Shown here: positions 26,314-35,208 of the stretch, piece by piece
Position numbering within the stretch: position 1 is the first letter of the stretch
Layout: each line of letters starts with the position of its first letter
Origin: Alphaproteobacteria bacterium
GTDB taxonomy: Bacteria; Pseudomonadota; Alphaproteobacteria; RF32; CAG-239
NCBI GenBank assembly: GCA_045643605.1
Contig: JAZULC010000018.1
Coordinates: forward strand, 1-51,699
Length of the DNA: 51,699 bases
Direction: 5' to 3'
Notes under the pieces: model-generated
Told to the model about the DNA's origin: nothing
Databases searched by the model: none
Seen by the model: the letters and a program-made list of their open reading frames with translations, nothing else
Made by a program: the position numbers and the translations under genes

Positions 26314-26724
26314 ATGGATCGTTGGTATTATGTACTTGTAGCATTTGCTATTATGTTGGTTTTCGACATTGCTTACCAAAGTCTTCGTGTAACACCCAAT
26401 TCTGAAAAGAAAGAAAAAGGTGTTTTCGCTAAACGATCGAATCTCGTAAGCAGTGCAAGTGTGTTACCCCCGTTATCGGATTCTAAAAAGAAAGAAAAAG
26501 GAGTCCCCGTCAAGCAATTAGCTCTCGTAGGTGGCCTTGGTATTTTACCTCCGCCGATTTTGACGCAAATTCCTAATTATTCTTTCCATCACAAACGCGG
26601 AAAACACAAGAAAATTTTCTATGGAAAGGTAAGAAACTTTTCCATGAAGCCATGTATTAAGCGTAAGATTTTACGTATTCCGCAAAGGTTCTCTATAGGA
26701 GAACCTTTTTTTGTTATTAAATAA
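26314..26724 (+). CDS. Hypothetical membrane-anchored basic protein with two 27-aa repeats
   Basis: N-terminal TM (WYYVLVAFAIMLVFDIA). Repeats are SEKKEKGVFAKRSNLVSSASVLPPLSD and SKKKEKGVPVKQLALVGGLGILPPPIL. Basic C-terminus. The segment is visibly more GC-rich than its flanks. Confidence 0.5.
   Translation: MDRWYYVLVAFAIMLVFDIAYQSLRVTPNSEKKEKGVFAKRSNLVSSASVLPPLSDSKKKEKGVPVKQLALVGGLGILPPPILTQIPNYSFHHKRGKHKKIFYGKVRNFSMKPCIKRKILRIPQRFSIGEPFFVIK
26401..26562 (+). repeat. Two diverged 81-bp in-frame tandem repeats
   Basis: TCTGAAAAGAAAGAAAAAGGTGT at 26401 and TCTAAAAAGAAAGAAAAAGGAGT at 26482, so the period is 81 bp. Confidence 0.75.
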
Positions 26725-26797
26725 AAAGATTTTATGTAATTTAAAAAAAATTTACTATTCTATGATATTTATTACACCTGATATATAAGAGGGAAAA

Positions 26798-28375
26798 ATG
26801 TCTTTATTTAAATCTGTTGCAACCTTCGGAGGCTTTACTTTAATCAGTAGGCTTACCGGTTTTTTACGAGATGTAGTATTAGCTAATTTTTTGGGCGCAG
26901 GAGCAGTATCTGACGCATTTTTTGTTGCATTTAAACTACCGAATTTGTTTAGAAATTTATTTGCAGAAGGAGCTTTTAGCTCTGCTTTTGTTCCTATGAT
27001 TTCTCAAAAATTAGTCGCTGACGGCAAAAAGAAATCTATATTTTTTGCATCACAAGCTATATCCATTTTGGCATTTATTGTATTGATATTTGTAATAATA
27101 ATGGAAATTATTATGCCTTATTTCATTCCTCTTTTAGCTCCTGGTTTTATAGATAATCCGGATAAAATAAATTTAGCAACAACTCTTTGCAGAATAACAT
27201 TTCCATTTTTGTTTTTTATTTCTATAGTTTCTTTCCAATCAGGAATCTTAAACTCATTAGGTAAATTTGCTGCTCCGGCTGCTGCTCCGATAATTCTAAA
27301 CTTAACTATGATATTTATGGCGTTTGCAATTATTCCTTTCGGCGTATTACCTGTTTACGGAATATCTTCAGGTATTACATTTGCCGGAATATTGGAAATG
27401 TTGTGGCTAACATATTTTCTGCATAAACAAAATGTTTATGTACATATTTATATTCACATTAAAAAAATGTGGAAAAATCCTGAAATTATAACCCTTTTTA
27501 AAAGAATATTGCCCGGAATTTTAGGTGCTGGGATTTACCAGATTAATATGGCTGTGGATACAATTCTTGTTTCTTTAGTAGGAACCGGGGCAATATCCTG
27601 GTTATATTATGCAAACCGGTTGCAACAACTTCCGTTGGGTGTTGTTGGTGCGGCAATAAGTGTAGCTTTGTTACCGGTATTATCACATCATTTGAAAGCA
27701 GGAGAACAAACAGAAGCAAAAGATGCTCAAAACAAAGCTATTGAATATGGCCTTATTTTATCATTACCGGCAGCAGTTTTGTTGATAGTAATGTCAAATC
27801 AAATTGTAAATTTATTATTTCAACACGGACAATTTTCTGTAGAAGATACTAAAATGACAGCCTTTGCCGTAATAGCTTATTCCTTTGGACTGCCTGCTTA
27901 TGTAATTGTAAAAGCCCTAGCTCCTAATTTTTTTGCCAGAGGAGATACCAAAACACCTGTTAAATACAGTATTATCGTACTTGTATTTAATATTGTAGCA
28001 AATTTAATTTTAATGCAATTTTTCGGACATATCGGTATTGCCATTGCTACAAGCCTATCAGCATTTATTTCTGTTTCTCAATATATTATAGGCCTACAAA
28101 AATTCGGATACTGGAGGTTTTCACACGAATTATTATTAAAAATATTTAAAATATTTACCGTATCCATATTTATGGGGGTCTGTGTTTTTGCGTTGCAAAA
28201 TATTATATTTTCTGTTATTGATGATTTATACCAACGAGCTTGGATTATTCGTTTTGCAATAATCGCTTTTATGGGTGGTATAGGATTATTTATTTTTGGA
28301 ATATCTGCCATATTAACCGGAATTTTCAAAATAACGGACTTAAAATCTTTGGCAAGGAGAAATAAAAATGCTTAA
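26798..28375 (+). CDS. murJ: Lipid II flippase MurJ (MviN)
   Basis: The N-terminal block TLISRLTGFLRDVVLANFLGAGAVSDAFFVAFKLPNLFRNLFAEGAFSSAFVP is a hallmark of MurJ. About 14 TM. Confidence 0.93.
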   Translation: MSLFKSVATFGGFTLISRLTGFLRDVVLANFLGAGAVSDAFFVAFKLPNLFRNLFAEGAFSSAFVPMISQKLVADGKKKSIFFASQAISILAFIVLIFVIIMEIIMPYFIPLLAPGFIDNPDKINLATTLCRITFPFLFFISIVSFQSGILNSLGKFAAPAAAPIILNLTMIFMAFAIIPFGVLPVYGISSGITFAGILEMLWLTYFLHKQNVYVHIYIHIKKMWKNPEIITLFKRILPGILGAGIYQINMAVDTILVSLVGTGAISWLYYANRLQQLPLGVVGAAISVALLPVLSHHLKAGEQTEAKDAQNKAIEYGLILSLPAAVLLIVMSNQIVNLLFQHGQFSVEDTKMTAFAVIAYSFGLPAYVIVKALAPNFFARGDTKTPVKYSIIVLVFNIVANLILMQFFGHIGIAIATSLSAFISVSQYIIGLQKFGYWRFSHELLLKIFKIFTVSIFMGVCVFALQNIIFSVIDDLYQRAWIIRFAIIAFMGGIGLFIFGISAILTGIFKITDLKSLARRNKNA

Positions 28376-29396
28376 AATAAATACAAAAAAAATTAAAAAT
28401 TTTTGCAAAAAATTGCCTGCAAAAATTTTAACTCCGGCAAAAAAAAAGCTAAAGTCTTTTGATTTTAAGAAACACATAAAAAAAATACATTTTTCATGGA
28501 AATATACTTTCATTTTTTTGCCAGTTTTTTTATTTGCATATTACGTATTCGGTGCATATTTAATGCATAATGTTGATAAAAATATTGAAACAGAAATCTC
28601 TAAAACTAATGATGCACAATCAGAAACTATAAATGCTCTCATTTTTTTAATTAACAAAGAAACAAGTGAACATTTATGGACACCTAATATGCCGATAATA
28701 TTTCCTGGTTATATATTGGATAATATGCCTGAATTTCAAAAAGGAGAATTAAAAGCAGCCGGCAATATCAGTAAAATTTTTGCAAAACTTCTGAAAAAGC
28801 ATCTTTCAGAAAATATAGACAATCTTGATGAAGCTGCACAATATTTGTCCTATTCTCCTGACATATGGTTTTTTGCCAAAGATTCTTCTAAAATTTTTGC
28901 ACCATCTTCTTCTACGCAATATTCTAAAGCAAAAAGAAGTCTATCAAAATTCAGCAAAAAACTTGAGGCAGGAACAGCATCCATAATGTATATTACTACA
29001 GATTTAGAAGATATTTTAAAAGTAATATCCGAAGATTTGAGAAAGTCATCTGAAAATTTAAAACAGCATATTCGTGAACACTCTGATGACTTTTTTGATT
29101 TTCAAGCAGATAATATTTTTTATTATACTCAAGGACAATTATACACATATTATATTATCATAAATGCTTTGGGTGATGATTACCAGAATATCATTGTCAA
29201 TTCTGAAATGTATTCTCAATGGACAACTTTACAAAGCATATTTAAAAATGCTCTGCAATTAGAGCCATCTGTTATTAGAAATGCAAATATAAATTCATCA
29301 TTTTCTCCTAACCATTTAGCTTATTTAGATATGTTTGTTTTAGACATCATAAATCAAATAAGGTCTCTAAAATTTTTAGCTGATATGGAGATATAA
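28368..29396 (+). CDS. Membrane-anchored hypothetical protein, possibly DUF2333-like
   Basis: The ATG overlaps the murJ stop by 8 nt. Basic N-terminus plus one TM. The segment LWTPNMPIIFPGYILDNMPEFQKGELKA resembles the DUF2333 core as I remember it. Assigned from memory, unverified. Confidence 0.5.
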   Translation: MLKINTKKIKNFCKKLPAKILTPAKKKLKSFDFKKHIKKIHFSWKYTFIFLPVFLFAYYVFGAYLMHNVDKNIETEISKTNDAQSETINALIFLINKETSEHLWTPNMPIIFPGYILDNMPEFQKGELKAAGNISKIFAKLLKKHLSENIDNLDEAAQYLSYSPDIWFFAKDSSKIFAPSSSTQYSKAKRSLSKFSKKLEAGTASIMYITTDLEDILKVISEDLRKSSENLKQHIREHSDDFFDFQADNIFYYTQGQLYTYYIIINALGDDYQNIIVNSEMYSQWTTLQSIFKNALQLEPSVIRNANINSSFSPNHLAYLDMFVLDIINQIRSLKFLADMEI

Positions 29397-29399
29397 CAA

Positions 29400-29936
29400 A
29401 TGATTGAAATTCAAAATACCGCGGATGAAAATGTACTGAATTTTTATTCTCAAACTCCATTTATACAAACAGGCCTAACAGAATTTGTTACCTTAAAGTC
29501 ATTAAGAAAATCTCCTCTTGCCGAAGCTATTTTTGATATAGGTGGAATTGAACAGGTTTTAATTGCCGAGAATATGATTTCTGTTCATAAAAAAAACGAT
29601 ACATCATGGGACAATATAAAATCCTTAATTATGGCAGAAATTGTAGACTATATAACTACAGGACAACAAATTATTATCAATAACAAAGAAGAAGATTCTG
29701 AAAATATTTTAGAAAAGATTGAGGCATTAATTGAAGCAAGAATTCGTCCGGCAATAAAAAAAGATGGTGGAGATATAATAATAGAAAAATTTGAAGAAGG
29801 AATTTTATTTATTAAATTAACCGGCAATTGTTCCGGATGTCCTTATGCTATGATTACCATAAAAGAAGGTATAGAAAAAATATTAAAAAATTATATTCCT
29901 CAAGTCAAAGAAGTTAAGCCTATGGAAAATATTTAA
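29400..29936 (+). CDS. nfuA: NifU-like Fe-S cluster assembly protein (Nfu_N + NifU C-terminal domain)
   Basis: The C-terminal domain carries IRPAIKKDGGDI...LTGNCSGCPYA (CxxC). The N-terminal Nfu_N-like domain carries PLAEAIFDIGGIEQVLI. Confidence 0.85.
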   Translation: MIEIQNTADENVLNFYSQTPFIQTGLTEFVTLKSLRKSPLAEAIFDIGGIEQVLIAENMISVHKKNDTSWDNIKSLIMAEIVDYITTGQQIIINNKEEDSENILEKIEALIEARIRPAIKKDGGDIIIEKFEEGILFIKLTGNCSGCPYAMITIKEGIEKILKNYIPQVKEVKPMENI

Positions 29937-30865
29937 TGAAGACACATATTTTTTTCAAATTTATTTGCATTGCCGTATATTTGTTGTTCACAAATAATAC
30001 TTTTGCTAAAACTGACAACATAAAATATGTTGAAAAAAATGGTGAAATTTATGTTCAAGAAACAACCGTAGCAGAAATAGAAAAATTATTCAGCTTTGTA
30101 AAATATAAAAATTATCTGGCACCGAAAGATGGAGAATATCCTTCAATATTTCTACAAAAATTGCCAAGTGATTTTGCTGACCTTGAAGATGAATCGTATA
30201 GAAACAGATTATTTATTCAAATATTGGCACCTATTGCGCTAAAAGTTAACCAAGATATCTATGCGCAAAGACAAAAACTTCTGGATATGCAAACAAATTA
30301 TAATAAAACATACGAATTGTCTGAAAAAGATACTGCTGAACTTGAGGGTTTAGCCGAAAAATATGATGTTTTTACAAGATTACAAGGCAATCGCCGTATT
30401 CAATACTTGTTCAACGAACTAAAGTTAAAAGTTGATATAATAGCTCCGTCTTTATTGATTGGTGCTGCAGCCATAGAAAGCAACTGGGGAACGGCTCGTC
30501 CTGCCCTGCTGGCAAATTCTTTATACAAAGAAAAAGTTTGGTATGGAGAAGAAAAAGGTCTACCTTCTTTAGAAGATATTGATGATGATTATGAATTTAA
30601 AATTTTCAATACCATATATGATTCTATGATGTCATATAGCATCAAGATAAATAGTGGTGTTGATTTTTACTATATGCGCTCATATCGTTCGGAATATCGC
30701 AGACGCAAACGAGATATTTCCGGAAGAACATTAGCTCATTCAATGATGTTAAGCAGTAAACTGAAAAATTTTGCAGGTTTACTTGACTACACTATTACCT
30801 TTTATGAAATGATGAATTTTGATAATGCAAAATTATCACGCATATATACAAAATATGGAGAATAA
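29936..30865 (+). CDS. Secreted glucosaminidase-domain protein (Bax/FlgJ-like peptidoglycan hydrolase domain)
   Basis: Signal peptide (FFKFICIAVYLLFTNNTFA). PSLLIGAAAIESNWGTAR matches the active-site region of the mannosyl-glycoprotein endo-beta-N-acetylglucosaminidase domain. The start overlaps the nfu stop (TAATG). Confidence 0.7.
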   Translation: MKTHIFFKFICIAVYLLFTNNTFAKTDNIKYVEKNGEIYVQETTVAEIEKLFSFVKYKNYLAPKDGEYPSIFLQKLPSDFADLEDESYRNRLFIQILAPIALKVNQDIYAQRQKLLDMQTNYNKTYELSEKDTAELEGLAEKYDVFTRLQGNRRIQYLFNELKLKVDIIAPSLLIGAAAIESNWGTARPALLANSLYKEKVWYGEEKGLPSLEDIDDDYEFKIFNTIYDSMMSYSIKINSGVDFYYMRSYRSEYRRRKRDISGRTLAHSMMLSSKLKNFAGLLDYTITFYEMMNFDNAKLSRIYTKYGE

Positions 30866-30866
30866 T

Positions 30867-32510
30867 ATGTATTATATGAGTTTGAATAAAAAATTTCTAT
30901 TTATGTTTTTTATATTTTTTATATTAGTAATCGGGATGTTTTTGGGATTTTTCTCTCTTTATTATAAACAAAATTTGCAAGCAGAGGAACAAACTTTTTC
31001 CAAAACGAATGAACAGTTGATGGAAATGACCTATAACAATGTGTATCTCAAAAAACAAATTAAACATCTTATTGATACAAAAAAGCTAGTACCTGATGAA
31101 GGTATAAAAGCGATTATGGCAGATGAAAATGATGCACAAAATCGCAAAATTGTAGACTACCTTAATGATTTATATAATAAAAAATATGACAAATTATCAT
31201 ACCTTTTTCAATTTATGGAAATTGGTTTATTTTGGATTGCCACAAGTATTATTTTCTTATGGATAAGTTTACAATATATGGTTCTAAAATCAGTAACTAA
31301 ACTGATTGTTGTGAGTGATGAAGTTTCTAAAGGAAATTTTGGCCAGCGAGTACAGTTAGGCCGACAAATAATAAAAGATGAATTTTTTATTTTGGCGTCA
31401 ACTTTTAATAATATGTTGGATAATATTGAATCTAATATTATGACTATAAGCAATGGTCGCTATTTTTTACAATCAATAATAGATGCCATACCTGATGGTA
31501 TAAGAGTAATGGATAAAAATGGCAAAATTATTTTAGCGAATAAATCTTATCAAAAGCTTTTTGGTGTTACCGATTGTATTGGAGAATACTGCTATAAACA
31601 TTCTATGAATATTGATCATTTTTGTAATGAAAATAAGACATTATGTCCTCTTCGTGAACTAAAAAAATTAAAAATAAAAAATTTATCAACAATACAATAT
31701 TTTGCTAAAAATCCTAACACACCGATTTCAGTCAGCGCTGCACAAATGGTTATAAACGAAAGAGGAGAAAATCAGGAATATTTGATTGAGGCCATCAGAG
31801 ATTTGAGCAACGATATTAAATTTTCTCACCAACAAAAACTCTCTTCTTTGGCGTTTTTAGCAACATCTGTTGCCCATGAAATGAAAAATAATTTAGGCTC
31901 CTTGAGAATGATTTTTGAGCAGCTTATGAGCGATAAAGCTTTTGCTAACACACAGGCCGAAAAATATTTAGAGCTAGCCTACAATCAAGTTTTAGAGTGC
32001 ATTAAGATTCCGGAAAATTTATTAAATTTATCAAAAAATTCTTCAGAAACAACAAAAGCTGTCAATATTTCTGAAGTCGTTTCTTCTGTTTATAAATTAT
32101 TAGATTATGATTCTAAAAGAAAAGGCATTACCTTAAATATGGACATTTCCGAAGATTTATATTTGTATGGTAACGATTCTGATTTTAAAATGATATTCTT
32201 AAATCTGTGTCAAAATGCTATAAAAGCTATGGATAATGGCGGATTCTTAAATATAAAATCCAAAATCTCCGGCAGAAAAGCAGAAATTTCTGTTAGTGAT
32301 ACAGGTAAAGGCATTTCTAAAGATAAAATTATTAGAATTTTTGAGCCTTTCTTCTCTGTATCAGGTTCAGAAAATAATAAAACTGGAACAGGTTTGGGAT
32401 TATCTATCGTAAAATCTCTCGTTGAAAACTTTAACGGAAGTATAAAAGTACAGAGCAAACTCAATAAAGGTACTACTTTTACAATGGTTTTTCCTATTAA
32501 AAATAAATAA
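30867..32510 (+). CDS. Sensor histidine kinase (2 TM, HAMP, Cys-rich PAS, HisKA, HATPase_c)
   Basis: GGAGA SD before the ATG at 30867. HAMP (VSKGNFGQRV...ILASTFNNMLDNIE), PAS (LQSIIDAIPDGIRVMDKNGKIILANKSY), H-box SVAHEMKNNLGSL, N-box LCQNAIKAM, G-boxes DTGKGI and GTGLGLSIV. Confidence 0.88.
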   Translation: MYYMSLNKKFLFMFFIFFILVIGMFLGFFSLYYKQNLQAEEQTFSKTNEQLMEMTYNNVYLKKQIKHLIDTKKLVPDEGIKAIMADENDAQNRKIVDYLNDLYNKKYDKLSYLFQFMEIGLFWIATSIIFLWISLQYMVLKSVTKLIVVSDEVSKGNFGQRVQLGRQIIKDEFFILASTFNNMLDNIESNIMTISNGRYFLQSIIDAIPDGIRVMDKNGKIILANKSYQKLFGVTDCIGEYCYKHSMNIDHFCNENKTLCPLRELKKLKIKNLSTIQYFAKNPNTPISVSAAQMVINERGENQEYLIEAIRDLSNDIKFSHQQKLSSLAFLATSVAHEMKNNLGSLRMIFEQLMSDKAFANTQAEKYLELAYNQVLECIKIPENLLNLSKNSSETTKAVNISEVVSSVYKLLDYDSKRKGITLNMDISEDLYLYGNDSDFKMIFLNLCQNAIKAMDNGGFLNIKSKISGRKAEISVSDTGKGISKDKIIRIFEPFFSVSGSENNKTGTGLGLSIVKSLVENFNGSIKVQSKLNKGTTFTMVFPIKNK

Positions 32511-32584
32511 TTGCAAAAAATATTTTTTGATATTATAACGAATGACTAGATAATTTAGCCAGCAAGGCATTTAAGGAGACATAA

Positions 32585-32806
32585 ATGAGTAAAGAAGAGT
32601 TATTAGAATTAACCGGTGAAGTAATAGAAAAATTGCCTAATGCAATGTTTCGTGTAAAATTAGAAAATGGTGTAGAAATTTTAGCTCATACAGCAGGAAA
32701 AATGCGTAAGTTCAGAATCCGTGTAATGGTGGGAGATAAAGTAGATATAGAAATGACACCATACGATTTAAGCAAAGGTCGTATTACCTTTCGTCACAAA
32801 GAATAA
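32585..32806 (+). CDS. infA: Translation initiation factor IF-1
   Basis: [72 protein letters not shown] is a canonical IF-1 sequence. Confidence 0.97.
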   Translation: MSKEELLELTGEVIEKLPNAMFRVKLENGVEILAHTAGKMRKFRIRVMVGDKVDIEMTPYDLSKGRITFRHKE

Positions 32807-32807
32807 T

Positions 32808-33929
32808 TTATTTTTTGTAACGAATAACATCCTTTTCACCATGCCACAATACATCCGAAAAGTCATCTGTTCTTCTGACTAATTTACCGAATTTTTTCAT
32901 TTTATAAGAATAAAATGTATATTTATCATTAGATACAACAACAGCTTCTTCTCCGTCCTCAAATGGAATAAACCATATATTTGCTGTTGGTAAGAACTTA
33001 CCTGTTTTACAACTTCTTTTGTATAATTTATCTAATGTTTTTTGATTAAAATAATGGTTATGTTCTTGTATATATTTTAACTTTGGACAGGCTTTTTCCG
33101 GATACTCATCATTTGGGAAAAAAGTTCGCCAGCGATTTTTAAAAAAATAATCCATATTTTTGCCAATTTTTTCATAATGTTTATCAGAATAATCATGATG
33201 AGCACGATATTTATAAAGAGTTTTTGGTATTGTAACTATTTTCCCTTTATTAGCAAAGATTCTATCATATATCCATAAATCTTCAGGAAGTGCAAATTCA
33301 GGATTAAATTTGATATTATATTTCTTAAAAAAATCTGCTCGCCAAATTGTAGTACCTAAAATAACAGGAAGTCGTTCCAACAAAAATACAATTTCTGCTT
33401 TTTCCGTATCATATTCAACCGGTCCTAAATACACTCTTCTATTATCTCCGTTTTTTAAAGAAATATCTGTACCGGATAAAACAATATCTTGATTTTTTTC
33501 CATAAATTCTACTTGTGCTTCTAATTTGTTTTCCATATAAACGTCATCATCATCAAGCCAAGCAATATATTTTCCCTTCGCATGGGAAATTCCCTTGTTT
33601 CTTGAATAAACCGTATTTTTATTCACTTCATTCTTAAAAATTTTGATTCGTTTATCCTTTTTAGCATATTCTTCTATAATATTTTGAGTTTCATCTGTCG
33701 AACCATCATTTATAATTATAAGCTCAAAATTAGTATATGTCTGTTTTAGAACAGACTCTATAGCTTCAGATATATATTCTGCACGATTATATGTCGGAAT
33801 TATCACAGAAACCAAAGGTTTTCTCTGAAAAAGAACAAAAGTTATAAAACAAGCAAATAAAGTTAAGCAAAACATCACCAACTTGTTTATTCGTGCAGAA
33901 AAAAGCAACATACTTTTCCTTTCTCTCAA
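32808..33929 (-). CDS. Membrane-anchored family 2 glycosyltransferase with a C-terminal extension
   Basis: N-terminal TM (LVMFCLTLFACFITFVLF). GT-A core VSVIIPTYNRAEYISEAIESVLKQTYTNFELIIINDGSTDET...WLDDDD. The roughly 150-aa C-terminal region is unassigned. The stop is 1 nt from the infA stop (convergent). Confidence 0.85.
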   Translation of the reverse strand: MRERKSMLLFSARINKLVMFCLTLFACFITFVLFQRKPLVSVIIPTYNRAEYISEAIESVLKQTYTNFELIIINDGSTDETQNIIEEYAKKDKRIKIFKNEVNKNTVYSRNKGISHAKGKYIAWLDDDDVYMENKLEAQVEFMEKNQDIVLSGTDISLKNGDNRRVYLGPVEYDTEKAEIVFLLERLPVILGTTIWRADFFKKYNIKFNPEFALPEDLWIYDRIFANKGKIVTIPKTLYKYRAHHDYSDKHYEKIGKNMDYFFKNRWRTFFPNDEYPEKACPKLKYIQEHNHYFNQKTLDKLYKRSCKTGKFLPTANIWFIPFEDGEEAVVVSNDKYTFYSYKMKKFGKLVRRTDDFSDVLWHGEKDVIRYKK

Positions 33930-33996
33930 AGAAACTTAAACGATACTTCCCATAAATTAGAGAAATATCGTTTAAGCTATAACAAACAATATTTAA

Positions 33997-34353
33997 CTAA
34001 TTACCACCACCGGTATGTTGACGGTTGTAACCGTGACTTCGTCCAGTCTCTTCCTCAGGTTCATTTTCATCTTCTTCTAAACCAGTCTCTTCCTCAGGTT
34101 CATTTTCATCTTCTTCTAAATCCTCAGGTTCATTTTCATCTTCTTCTAAAATAGTAGAACCGGCTGTACAATCAGCATTAGAATTACCTTTTCTTTCGGC
34201 AACTCCGGAAAATGTTGCACTAAAGGTATTATTATCTGTGTTTGTTGCAGATATAGCTTCGCTTGCACTGTATTTTACACAATCACGATCTGCCGCTTGT
34301 GCATGTGCACTCCACATCATAGCTATCGCTAAAATCAATACTACTTTTTTCAT
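33997..34353 (-). CDS. Secreted acidic tandem-repeat protein (118 aa)
   Basis: Signal peptide MKKVVLILAIAMMWSAHAQA. Two Cys. Repeats LEEDENEPEDLEEDENEPEEETGLEEDENEPEEETG. Gly/His/Arg tail GRSHGYNRQHTGGGN. The start lies 9 nt downstream of the pilin-like gene stop. Confidence 0.7.
   Translation of the reverse strand: MKKVVLILAIAMMWSAHAQAADRDCVKYSASEAISATNTDNNTFSATFSGVAERKGNSNADCTAGSTILEEDENEPEDLEEDENEPEEETGLEEDENEPEEETGRSHGYNRQHTGGGN
34043..34150 (-). repeat. 39-bp in-frame tandem repeat (2 full units and one 30-bp unit)
   Basis: CCAGTCTCTTCCTCAGGTTCATTTTCATCTTCTTCTAAA at 34043 and again at 34082. The truncated copy is at 34121-34150. Confidence 0.9.
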
Positions 34354-34362
34354 TTGTTTCTC

Positions 34363-34833
34363 CTAATTATTAATATTTAACCCTATGTTCATTACATTAC
34401 GATTTGATTCCATACTGCCATCTGATGACAACTGTACGGCTATCTTTTGCGGTAATCCTTCAAAATCTATGGTAAATGCTGAATCCGGAACTCCGCCATA
34501 CTCTACAGCATACACATAAACATTACCACCGAGTGCATGTCTGATGCTTCCGTCTGCCTGTACCATATTTTCTGGGAATATTCCTAATTCTTTTACGTTT
34601 TCAGTTGCAGTTTCTTTGTCGTTTCCGAGTTCTTTATATCCTCTCATAACATTGAAAGTAGTAATCATATTTGTAGAAATCGTCTGCATTTGATCCTTCA
34701 ACTGATTAATTTTGTATTTCTCCATAGCTTTTGAATAGCCTTGAATACCGGCAACGGATAAAACACCGACAATTGCCAATACTCCGAGCATTTCAATCAT
34801 TGAACGTCCTTGTTCATTTGTATATTTATTCAT
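34363..34833 (-). CDS. Type IV pilin / pseudopilin-like protein (prepilin N-terminal motif)
   Basis: MNKYTNEQG|RSMIEMLGVLAIVGVLSVAGIQGY has a short leader ending in Gly, Glu at +5 and a hydrophobic alpha1-N helix. AGGAGAA SD upstream of the ATG at 34833. The track start at 34887 adds 18 residues. The globular part has no Cys pair. Confidence 0.75.
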   Translation of the reverse strand: MNKYTNEQGRSMIEMLGVLAIVGVLSVAGIQGYSKAMEKYKINQLKDQMQTISTNMITTFNVMRGYKELGNDKETATENVKELGIFPENMVQADGSIRHALGGNVYVYAVEYGGVPDSAFTIDFEGLPQKIAVQLSSDGSMESNRNVMNIGLNINN

Positions 34834-35208
34834 AATTATATATTTCTCCTTATGATTTAATACAAAAAGCAGTGTATCAAAAACCAACGTTTTTTGGACA
34901 GGTAAAAACGGGTAATTTTTGATTAGTTTGAATGATTGCTTGTCTTTATGTAATGTATTGATTTTTATATATTTTATTTAGTTTTCCAGAAAAGCATAAA
35001 ACAGCAAAAAAAGTTGTTGCAAAAAAGGTTGGTTTTTTGATGCAGTTTTTTGTTATATAACATATTGATTTTGTTAATAAAATTAGGCACTGAACAGCAT
35101 AAATATCATTTAATTTTGTAAAAAAACACATTGATAAAAAACAATATGCTTATCATTTGATAGCTAACAAATTATTCTTTAATATAAGCCTTACAAATTT
35201 ACAGTAAC

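Noticed and set aside
35086-35099. GGCAC-N-GCA string resembling a sigma54 -24/-12 element near the pilin gene.
   Set aside because: It is on the plus strand, whereas the pilin gene is on the minus strand. The GG-to-GC spacing is one nucleotide short of the consensus.
34946-35131. 61-aa ORF in the 370-bp spacer upstream of the pilin-like gene.
   Set aside because: It has no SD and an AT-driven Lys/Phe/Ile/Cys composition with no recognisable features. It was treated as non-coding. The spacer probably holds the promoter of the pilin operon.
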